64,000 nt of DNA, taken from contig JAMWBK010000010.1 in assembly GCA_029953675.1 (NCBI GenBank), forward strand, positions 620,001-684,000, read 5' to 3'. This DNA comes from Rhodosorus marinus CCMP1338. Lineage: Eukaryota; Plantae; Rhodophyta. Within the stretch, counting starts at the first letter, position 1; every line of letters begins with the position of its first letter. The position numbers were made by a program, and so were the translations under genes. Positions 36,306-47,498 of this stretch are shown in pieces. Below the pieces are notes generated by a model. It was not told the origin of the DNA. It did not search any database and saw only the letters and a program-made list of their open reading frames with translations.

Positions 36306-37924
36306 CTTTCTCAATTTCTAAAAAGCTATAGGCGTTTTCAAACGAAAACCTCAACAGCACCTGCACTTGCCCCCAACCCCCCAAACCCCCGCCTCCCGTA
36401 AGACCTCAGACGGTAGCTTGCCCTTCACCACCTCTCCCACTTTACGCCCTCTTCCTCCGACCTCCTCCCCCCCTCTCCGTTTCCGCAACTTTGTTCTACT
36501 TCAGCGCTCAGAGAAACTTCTCCAAGCTCATCGAGATTCATATCCTCAGCAAAGAGACTTCATCCTGCGCGAACCGCCTGGATGTTCGTGGTCAGAAATC
36601 CATCCAAACGACTTTTAGCCACAAAAAACGGAATGAAAAAAATTGAAAATACAGACGAACCTCCTAGGACTTACCCACTTCTTCTTTGCGGGTGTGGAGA
36701 AGCTAGACGGGATGAAGCACCGACCGATCGCTAGTTTCGAGACCAACAAGTTCTTTGCGACTCTCGAATATATATGGTAGACTGTTGAGAGCGTTACTGT
36801 GAGGAAATTACTGGGATAGGTGGGGGAGAAGGATAGGATCATCTCCCACCAACTACCCGCCCGACGACAGCGATGTACATGTTGATCTTCTTTAAAGGTC
36901 CGATAGATTGAAGTGCTTACGGCGTTAAAGCTCTTCATAGAGCGTATGCAGTTGAGAAGAGCAAAGGTAGCTCAGTCGGAAGTATTAGAACAGTCTTCGC
37001 ACACGGACAAGATCATTCACCATCTATCCAAGAGACGGTAACCTACAACTGGTCTTTGTAGCGTCCGGTGTTCTTGATTTACAAATGGTGTTCCATGGTC
37101 TTTTATAGCCTATACGTTCTAGTAACATACAGTGACCAGCACATATCTTCTCAGCGGGAACCTATCAGACAAACGATACGGACAAGATCACCCTCCCCGA
37201 GATGCTGTTGTCAAGTACAGCTCGGTTGCTTGGACTTAACTATATCCATCGTCATTATGAACCGTATTAACACCTACCATATAATAAAACTGTAATATAT
37301 ATAGTCTATACTATAAATAAACCAATAATCGTTTACCACCTGTCACAAGCTCATTTTCATCCAATTCATATGAGAAATCATGACGCGTGGCCGAACATAA
37401 TTTGATTTAACCCCATCTATAAAGTAATTTATTATATTTTATCCATAAACATTTTCACGGGGTGCCAGACGACGGCGGGGTTTGGAAAGGATGGAAACTC
37501 GGGCATTATTTTTGCTTGTCAACAAGAATGAAGGGGGGTTGAATACAAAAGCTAAAGAATCTACTCCTCAGTAGATTGGGGGGGTATAGGTTGTGTGTGA
37601 TTGAAAATATTTGCCGCATATCATTCAATAATTCACTATTTATTTATTTTCGGGTTTTTAACAATGGGGGGTTGATTTGGGAAAGTGATACTTACGTATG
37701 TTAGATTTTAAGGGGCGGAAGTTGACTAAGTTTGGGATGGTGTCTCACGTCTGAAGGGTTTGACGCAGGACTTGTTCGGGTTTCGAGTAAGGATCGACGT
37801 CGGGAGGGAATCGTTTGGGGTTGGGGAGGGAAGGGGTTTCGGGTCTACAGTATTTTGTCGGTGCGTTCTCTTTGTTTGTTTGAGGAGGGTGTTTGGGGGG
37901 CGGGGGGGCGAGAGAGCAGAAAAA

Positions 37925-38604
37925 ATGTCTGACTCGAAGAGCTGTACGATTCGGACGAGGAAATGCGTCGTCAACAAGTTGCTGTCCCGGAAGCAGTTTG
38001 TAAGTTTTCACTTCCTCTTGCCTGTTCTACTTTTGCTTCGGTTGGCGGGACGCGAGGGTGTTTGGGAGAAGTTGTTGCCTGTTGTCGTGTGTTATGTATC
38101 TTCTTTGTTGCGTTCTTTTTGAGATCCCGTTTCGACGCGTAGTGATCTTCGATTTTTGAGCGGGATGGTTTTGGCTTGCCTATTTGTTTGTGGGCAAGAG
38201 GGGGGGGGGGCCGCAAGTTAGGTTGGGTTTGGTGTGCCCTCGATCTAAAGGCTGTGTATCTGTCCCTGTTGTTTGTTTAGATTATTGACGTGCTTCACCC
38301 TGATAGAGGGGCGGTGAGCCGGGCGGAGATTTCGGAGAAGCTGTCGAAGATGTTCAAGGTTTCGGATTTGAAGAGCATCGTGGTATTCGGATTTAGGACT
38401 CATTTTGGAGGCGGCCGAAGCACCGGATTTGGACTGATATACGACTCCGTTGATGACGCGACGAAGCTTGAGCCGAAGTACAGATTAGTGCGAGCAGGTC
38501 TTGCGACGAAGGTGGACACTTCTAGGAAGTCACGTAAGGAGAAGAAGAACAAGATGAAGAAACAGAGGGGTCTTGGCAAACGGAAGAAGGCTGCGCCGGC
38601 GTGA
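37925..38604 (+). CDS. RPS24: 40S ribosomal protein S24 (eS24)
   Basis: TIRTRK...NKLLSRKQF | IIDVLHP...[20 protein letters not shown]...EPKYRL. Exons 37925-37999 and 38281-38604. Confidence 0.97.
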
Positions 38605-38958
38605 GATGTGATTGGTTAGAACATGTGAGAAATCAAGTTTTCCATTTTCTACAGTGCAGAGTAAGGCTTTTTTCTTTTATAAACAATGTGGATGTAATCC
38701 TAACAGCATAAATTTAGTCCTTAAAAACCGCGACGAGCCGTGTCAGCGCTCACTCCTGTCTCTTTCGCATGGTTGGGGAATTGCGGACCATCATCCCAAC
38801 CCTTCTATCAGGTTTTAGTGAAGAAGGCATCTACTCCTTTTTCCGGAGCGAGCAAAGCCCAACCTTCTACATGCAGGCACTAAGCCGGAAGCACAAGGGC
38901 CAACTTGACAGACGAAGAACCTCGCCGGAGAATCTCCTCCGGGACCTGTTTTTACACT

Positions 38959-41383
38959 TTATGTACATAGATCCGAGTAGATTCGAACAGAATGATCCTC
39001 GCTTGCAATCAGTAATTGTCTGCCTGCCCCTCCCTCCTCGTCATCATCAACTGGCCTCCAATGCAAAGCCCTCACGCGTGCGCCTGGATACAGATCAGGG
39101 TTGACTGCACAAAGCGCAGTAGCGACACCATCGTCGGATACTCCAAACAGGTGCAGCTGACCATCCTCTAGTCCGACTGCTAGGGCGCTGGGACACCAGG
39201 ACAGTGCTGTCACCGGACCTGGTAACGTCAGTGACGACAATAGTACTTCGTCTTCCTTCCAGTGGTTACCTAAGATGAGCCACATTCCCTCAGCTCGCTG
39301 ATTGACTGGGCGGTTATCCTTTTCAAGCTTCCAACGCTTACCGATGGTGCCCGCATGAAGCTTCACAGTCTTGTCTCTGCTTCCCGTTGCGAACATCTTC
39401 GTGCCATGAACCCATTCGATGCAGTTGATGATGCGGCTGTGAGCATTCTTCTTGGAGTACACCAGCGCAAACCCCTGGTTCGTTGCCTGTCGGTTTTCAT
39501 AGACTCGAAAAGATCTGTCCCGGGAGACACTAGCCAGGAAGTTACAGTCCTTGGAGAACATCATAGCGGTCACTGTCAGGTCGTGGCCCTCAATCTCTTG
39601 ACGCTTGCTCCGGGAGAGCACGTCCCAGATCACTATTGCCGCCTGCTGTCTGAGTTTGGAGTTGGCAGCAGTGGCTAGAACCAGTCCATCTGGACTGCTC
39701 GCCACGCAGCTCAAATCATTGCCATGGGCATAGAGCTTGGCCATTTCTGGCCAAAGCCGTCCTACCATTGAGGGAAGAAAAAGCTTTGCGTGAGCAATCA
39801 TGAATCCACCCAACCTCGCCCAGTTCGATCAGGGACTAACCTTGCATCAATTCCTCCTCGAAAGGAGGCATCGTCATCGAATCAACGGCTTGCATGTCAG
39901 TTTGTTCTTCTTTCGAGCTCAAGCCTTCCTGGTGCTGTTCAGATGGCTTGTTGGAAAGTCCAAGCGCGGGCATGCTTGCGGCATCTGGACGAGACTCTGC
40001 GCCGGCGATTCCCATGTGCTGGTAGAACCACTTCGGCGCTTCAAACAATCTTGCCATCTTCTCTTCTGAAACGCTGACGAGGTCATGCCCATCCTTACCG
40101 ACAAAACTTACGCCGAAGACACTGTGACCATGGACTTGAGGCCTAGCAATCTCACCCCACCGTCCTTCATGCTCCGCCCATATCCTCGTGGTCTTATCAG
40201 CTGAGCACGAGACTGCGAACCGACCTGACGGATCCCATCGAGCGTCCCAAACTTCCTCAGAGTGACCACCGGGGGCAAGCACGGATACCCATTTCTGGTT
40301 ATCCAATTCACGCTGCCATCGAAACAAACCTCCTGAGAAGGAGCTGGCGAATATTTCCTCCTCATCTGCAACGGCAACGGAAAAGAACCCAAGGGCGTGA
40401 GAGTTGGCTCCTCCGAGCAGTCCGAGCCGCACTTGAGGCCGCCATTCATGGTTCTCGTCGATACTCCAGAGAGCTACTGAGCTGTCCATAGAACAGGTCG
40501 CAAGCTGAAATTTCGGCGTCCATCTCACGGCGGTGACTTGGTCCATGTGATACGCGAGGATCGCTTCCTTGGTCGCCACGAGGACTTCATCGTTGTGACC
40601 TTGAGGTATTTTGAAAGTCGTAGTGTTCTTATCGAGCACGTCACTGACTGCCATGTCGGCTTTCAAGCCAGTGCGCAACCTCCAGATCTGTGCGGTTCGA
40701 TCGTTTGACGCCGTCGCCAGAAGGATATTTCCTTCGGGAGTGAGGTCTGAGAACCTCAAACTCCTTATCCAGTCCTTGTGTCCTGATAGAACTCCCAAGA
40801 ATGTGACACTGGAAAGTTCGTGAATCAGATACAATCTGAGCTTTCTGTCGCTTCCTCCCACAGCCGCTAGAAGAGAGTTGTTGAACTGTGTCAAAGAAAT
40901 GCATTCTGGTAGGAAACCGTCTCCAAGACCGATTGCTGCCTCTTCGACCATTTCGGAATCCTTTAGACGCCATATTCTCATAACCGAATCCAGACCAGCA
41001 CTAAGAACGACGTCATCGAGAACAGATATCACAGCCGAACCAGCATCCGACCCGAGCCATTCTCGGTGTTTCAGCTCAGGGCCTCCGAAGCCCACCCGGT
41101 GAACGAGGATTGTCCCAGAAACATCTGACGATGCTAGGACGCTGCCAGCGAGCGCGATTGCTCGAACCGGAGACTTGTGAACGTTTATACATCCAACGAC
41201 CCGGTCGCTCCGAACGTCCTTCAGGACAATAATCCTTCCGGAGACGTACCCGAGTACGTCTCCTTCAACGACTAAGCCATCGGAAAGACGGCTAGCTCCA
41301 GCGGCTAGCAATTCAATCCTTCCAGACATCGCATAAAACCTTTCAGCATCCTTTTGTACGCTTGTTACATTTGTCATCCCCAT
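38959..41383 (-). CDS. ELP2: Elongator complex subunit 2 (WD40 repeats)
   Basis: GHKDWIRSL, SMDSSVALW, RLGLLGG, GGHSEEVWD, EIARPQVHGH, PALGLSNKP, LWPEMAKLYAHG. Exons 41383-39841, 39761-39342, 39269-38959 (the second intron is a stop-free 72 nt). Confidence 0.92.
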
Positions 41384-41533
41384 CCTCAGCCATCCAGTCT
41401 CATTAGATCACCTCGGATGGTGCGTGGCCGAGACGACACCGACCGTGAACAGGGTGAGCAATCGAGGAGATGTGACGATTGGATTGGAACGGAGGTGGTT
41501 TTGTTGTGAAGGAATCTGGCGTTGGACCCTTCG

Positions 41534-41760
41534 CTGATGCAGAACAGAAGGTATAGAAGTATCCGGACTTGGTTTTAAAGAGTCTCAGGTTTGAATCTAG
41601 CTGTTTACATGCACGGTGGTGAAGAGTAGATGGAAATCATGCCCCGTTCACTGGAAGATGGTCCTTGATTTGGGATGTTTACACTGATGACGAACAGAAG
41701 CACAAAACTATCCGGACCTGGTTAAAAGTCCCAGGCCTGAAATCTAGTCGTACACATTCG
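41534..41760. repeat. Two diverged copies of a 65-75-bp unit, 150 bp apart, between ELP2 and PrxQ
   Basis: ctgatg..gaacagaag...atccggac.tggtt..aaa.agtc.cagg..tga.atctag at 41534-41600 and 41684-41747. Confidence 0.75.
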
Positions 41761-42054
41761 TGGAAACGGGTTAGCTCGAGTCTCGTTCAAAGAGAGATAA
41801 TCTGAGTGACGAGTTGTTGTCCGTTCCTGTCCATGAATCCAGTTTCAAATCGTCGCGTCTTTGATGGGAAATCCGTGATTTCAAGGGGTTGTTGACTACT
41901 AAAGTTTTGCGTTTGCGGTTTCTGGCGCTTCCAGGTTCATAAGTCTTGCTTCAATGACCTGCGAGAGCACTGCTCTAGTGATTTTTAGCATAATAGATGA
42001 AAAAGCGCCAGTCGAGACCCCCACACGGTTCTTCTTTTCTACACAACTCAGGGA

Positions 42055-42810
42055 CTAAGCTTCGAGCGCCTTTTTGGCTTCTGCAATGTGTGACGAGATG
42101 TCGAACATGCTGTTGAAGATCTTCACGATCTTTCCTTCTCCGTTAATAACATACGTCACTCTTCCCGGAGCAAGGCCGAGCAAACCCTTCGGAACCTTAT
42201 AAGCCTTTCTTATCGCACCGTCGCCGTCCGCCAACAAGGAGAATCTGATATTGTTCTGCTCGGCGAAGCTCTTGTGGCTCTCCTCGGAGTCTGAGCTCAC
42301 TCCAATAATCTCCGCACCGAGCGCCTTAAAATCTTCAGAACTGTCTCTGAAGCTGCATACCTCTTTTGTGCATCCAGAGGTGAAATCCTGATCAATACAT
42401 AAGAACAAAAAGGAGAACCGGACAGAGGCCGTTCAGCAACCACCTCTCCCTCCACTCCACAGCAACCTTACAAAGGCAAAACCTACCTTCGGATAGAAGA
42501 ACAGAATCAACGACTTCTTTCCAAGTACATCTGCGAGGTCGATCTTCTTCCCGTACTGATCAACTCCACTTACAACAGGAGCCTGTTCCCCTTCCATAAC
42601 CTGCCAAAAGTCAAGACCGAAAAACTGCTCCTCTAAGCCACCCTAAAAAAAAATACAGCCTGAAAAATCCTCCCTTCCACAAAAAAATGGAACAAATCTC
42701 GAACAAACCTTTCTCACTGGTGAACTTGATATTCCTCGACTTGCAATCACCCTCGTACTTGTCCAACGCCCAACCAAAGCCCCCAACCTACCAGTCCTCG
42801 TCAGGTACAT
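42055..42810 (-). CDS. PRXQ: Peroxiredoxin Q / BCP with an organellar, mitochondria-like presequence
   Basis: FYPKDFTSGCTKEVCSFRD, IIGVSSDS, LLAD.DG, GRVTYVI. Exons 42810-42709, 42600-42487, 42387-42055. Confidence 0.9.
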
Positions 42811-43889
42811 CCTACAATCCGTACTGTTGAATTCATGTTCCCCTTTAAACGAAAAACGGCAAGAAGACCTCTTTAAAAAATAACTTGGAAGAAATCGATG
42901 GCTTCTTCCTCCTTCCGTAACAAGACAAACCAAAAAAAAAAAAACGGCGGGGGGAAAAAGTTTCGTCCCCACAAACCCACACCAGAACAAATCCACAAAA
43001 AATCGACGTCGAGGAGAGGGGACGAGGGAGCTCCGGTAAAATTACACCCCTTCGTGTTGAGAGCAGAAGATGAAGATTGTTTGTAACTGACGCCAAGAAG
43101 AATCTTCCGGTCCATTCGATTTCGAACAACTCCTCAGAAAACGTAATTTTCAACCATAAGAACATCTCACTGAGGAAGGCAGATTGAGCGCAAATTTTGT
43201 CGGGTGTGGGGAGGGGTTGGGGGGAGGTGCTTTGTTTCTCTCGCTGGCCGTGGTCATCGCCTGACTTCCGGAGCTGATGGCCAGGATGTGTTAGTTCTCT
43301 ATCAATTTTATTATTTTTTACGCGGCCGTAGGGCAGAGTTGGTTCCAACTTTCCATTTTGGCTGCTCGCTTCCATGGCGGAAGGTGTGTCCGAACTTTCT
43401 GTTTGTTGCTTGCCGAAGCTCACCTATAACCAGTTCGGATTGAGCAGTCTGGGGGTATGTTCTTTACTTTGCGAATGGGCATGACTTACTACGGGTTAAC
43501 GACTGATTGCTCAAGCACGCGAAAGGGTTGTCCTTGGACAAACTCCCTCAAGCCATAGGGACCGGTGGAGGCCATGCGAGTCCAGCGCGTGCCAACCGGT
43601 GTTCAGTGCGCGAAAAGCTCACAGCTCGTCTCCGCAAACTTTTGGGTAAGCTGGATACGAAGTGAAGTTCATTCATTTATTCAAAAGTTGCCTATACACA
43701 GATCGAGTGTAGAAAATATAGATGCATCGTCGGTAATACAAAAAACATATATCCAAAAATCCAGTTGTCTTAGGATAGTAAAACACGAAGAGCGGAACTG
43801 GCAGTTCTGGCCCGCCCCTCGCGCGGCTTTTCGTCTCCTTGAGGGGGAACAACTTCGAACTGCATTGTCGCTGACAGACGTTTTTCTCT

Positions 43890-45206
43890 TTACATATTTA
43901 ACCGCGGACGCTGTGCCAGCGCTTCATTCGCGCTGACAAATGCACTTTCGCCCAGTCGCTTTCCAATAATTGATCCCGCTCTTGAAGTCAGTAGTCCGGC
44001 GTTAGATGGTGATGGCAAGGTCAAGTATGGCGTGCCAACACCAACACCTGGATTCTCAAACAGAAACTCGCTTATTCCTCCCGGGCCGTGGAATCCTTCT
44101 CCAGTCGCCGATGGTAAGTTGGCGGTCGGAGTCCAGTTTCCCGCCCAGTTCGTGATGGAACTTGGAGTATATGCGCGCATGGTCAGCGGGAAGGTACCTG
44201 ACGGCGCCGCCATAGTCTCCGGTCGATGTTCTGGAATTTCGACTTTCAGATGGTTCAACTTCCGCTTGCTACCAACCGAGTCTTCCGGTTCGTTTGGTCC
44301 GGGGGGCATCTGCCACGGGGAGGCCTCCTGTCTACCATACGTCGCTGAGGGTCGGCGGCCCATTACATCAAACGGTGGCCCTCTTCCGACAGCTGTGGGA
44401 ACTGAAGGAATGGTCAGACTCCCGCGCTTGAGAAGACTTGTCGGTTGGGCCACGTTTGCGGTCGCTGTTGCAGCGTTTGCGTTGGCGTTGGCGTTTGCAT
44501 TTGCGTTGTTCGCTGGGAAAGAGGGCATTTGTTCCTGCCTCTTCCTCGCTGCAGCTTTGTTCCCAGGTTTAGCGCCGAATCCATTCGCCTTGCCGGTTTC
44601 AGCCACGTCGTTGTCATCGTCAGAGTCATCGGACTCCTCTTCAGGCTCCTCCTTAATCCCGGGAACCTCAATCAAATTGGACGGCGTTGGTCTATGGCTC
44701 AAAGCTGCTCGCGAAGCTCTGCGCAGTGCCTCAGACATCTCTTGGTTGCCCGACGCGAGGTCAACGTGGATTTTCTTCCCCTTGTCATTCTAAGGAAAAC
44801 CAGGCGAGAAAGAGTGCGGGAGTCAGCGCAATGCCATGGGGACAAACAATTGAGAACTCCAACCAGCGTTACTGGAATACTCACCCCATCTGCGGTCCAA
44901 ACTTCTGAAATACCTCTGTAGTTACTGTATCTCTCAAATATTTCCCCAGGCGCTTGGCTGGAAAACTCGTACAACTGGCCGTTGTTTCCGAAAATGATCA
45001 CTTCAATATTACAATCGCACAAAACAGCAAGCTCACGAGCCTTCTTCAGTAGACCCTTCTTTCTCTTCAAGAACGTGACCTAAGATGAACAGAAAAAGTC
45101 ACGGTCAGATGACTAGAATGTCCGAGCACAAATGCTAGGGCATCTTTCCTACCTGTCGGGTCTTGTCGTCCTTTATCTTTTCGATAACAATCTTTCTTCG
45201 TCCCAT
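43890..45206 (-). CDS. MADS-box transcription factor, MEF2 type, without a K-box
   Basis: [18 protein letters not shown] | [30 protein letters not shown]...LYEFSS. Exons 45206-45153, 45079-44903, 44789-43890; acidic tract and (NA)n low-complexity run. Confidence 0.93.
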
Positions 45207-47498
45207 GATTTCTTCTACCGCGTTGTAGGAGCCTCACAATACCTCTCTCCTTGACTACCAAAGCTCTAGCGGGCTTCCTCGGTTCTTTCAATCTTTCCTT
45301 TCGCTTTTGGAAAACAAGGTGTGCATGAACTCCACCTCGCAAAACCAGATTCTCAAAACCGGCTCTCCTCCTTCCCAAATACCAGACCGACTCTCACACC
45401 CTTCACTTCAATGTTCCTACAAACCAACGCTTCGCCGCTACACCTTCCACACAGTTGACCCTCTCAACAACAACCCAGCTCTTTGTCTCTCAGCTCACCA
45501 AAACACGAACAAGCAAAGTTCCAATAACACCCTTCAGGCAGTTCACAGGCTGTTGCAACCGTCAAACCTTTTGTCAACAAGCTTCGAATCCAAGATAACC
45601 AACAAAATAAAGAAATTCGCCTCCTCGCAATAAAGAAATTCCGAAAGAGGGCGCTGACTGAGGAAACCAGAACGCAAAACGTTGAAACAAAAACCAAAAA
45701 AAAACAAAACAATCAACACCTCCACCCCACACCCACCCCCCGAAAAACCCCAACGCTCGTGGTAGAGACGTTCGTCAGGAAAGTACACCCTCCAATCAAA
45801 AACAAAAACCAAACAAGAATTCCACCAACACACAAACACACACACCCCTCCCCCTTCCTTCCAAAAGACAAGCCCTACAAATTCTTTCCCAGTCCCTCTC
45901 CTCTTCCTCCCTGACTCTTTCACTATGTCAGGCGCCTCTCCTCATAAGAACCCAAAACGCCATTTTGCAGTTGAAAGCACATCAAAACTCTTCTACCACA
46001 TCCTCAGCTTACCACCCCCTTTACCAAACTCAGCTTCAAAAGTATAAACTAATAAAACAAATATTATTTCATAGTTACTATGCTCCATATACGTTTCTAG
46101 AAAACCCCTTTCTATCCCAGCTTCTTTATCCCCTGAAACCACCAAACTATTAATAGCAAAATCCATCTCCCGACTTTCCGACCCCCCCCTTTCCTCCAAC
46201 CACCGCCCGTTCCTTTTAACAACATCAATAAAACAGCGAAAACGCTTACAACCTACAAAAAAAGGAAGATCACCTTCCAAACCATCCTCCCTCCCTCCCC
46301 CTTATCCTCCCTTCACATATCGGTCTTTCAAATGTTTCCTCCAACCGAAAGCGCCATTTTTGGTCATCCCATCCAGTCCCCTTACAGTGCGAGCGTTTCC
46401 AACATCCCTTCAAAAAATTCGAATAATAACATAATAGTAGATTTTCTCGTTTGATTCTCTACCCCTCAGCCGCACCCTTGCTCTCTTGTAAGTTCAATAT
46501 TTGAGATGTCCTCGAAGGGAGAGGCCTCCTCATCCTCCGTCGCCTGTCACATGGTGAGGTCGTTTTGCTGTAACTATCCTTTTTCAAAAAATTGGGTGAT
46601 GGATGCTCAGCAGGCCTATGCAAATTGACAATATTAAAGTCTAGATTTGGTACAAGCTGAGGAGCTTCAAAGCCAGTGGGACAGCATAAAAAGCTGAAAA
46701 TGTTAATGAAATATGCATTTTTGAATCTAGGATTTCGGATGGGACACTTCATGTTGCATCCTGCGGGCCGTTTTCTGGTGGAACTTGGCGAATGGAGTTG
46801 GTTGGCTTGCTGCTGGAGAACTGATGGTGTACTTGGAGAGCAAAATCTGAATTCGATCAACTCAGGCTATTGGATAGGGGTAGGCAGGTCGATTGAGCGG
46901 TCATTGCATTTTAAAAACGGCTTGGCGGCGTCCGCAACCGTCAGAGGGACGGCTGCAGAGCCTGCTCAGCGATCGCGATGAGGAACAGAGAGAGAGGAAG
47001 ACTTGCACCCGACTCCTAGGCTGAATTATTCCAGTACATGATCGTGTGGCCGTTCTAAACTCACAAGAGGAGCGAAATTTTTTATGCACTAAGCGGTACG
47101 CCCAGTCTACGGTCTCCCATGCGAGATCAGTCAACCGCGTGGATTGGTTTACTCGCGTGACGATAGTCAGGATACAGCAACCCCCTCGACAAGAAAACGG
47201 CTCCAACGGTCCGTTCCTCGTGTCCGGTATAAGCGTTTTCACTTATGGGGTTCGGCCGCTGTGGCACAACTCGTCGGCTCGCGAACCAATGATACGGTCC
47301 CCGACTGTGTCACGCGGACGATGAATCACACTCACATTTCCTCTCTTCGTTGGGCTTTATGCTGTAGCGTTCTAATGCGGCTTGAGTCTTAGAGGCCCTT
47401 TCTCTTGGTTGGCATAGCCATTTTTCCTCTCAGGGTTGTTTTCTCTGAATAAGCGACCGCCACTCCCAATCCTTTGAGGAATCGAGTTCCCTTCCTGA

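Noticed and set aside
38000-38280. snoRNA in the 281-nt RPS24 intron
   Set aside because: No paired box C/D or H/ACA signature is visible; it is a G/T-rich first intron like the other long first introns here.
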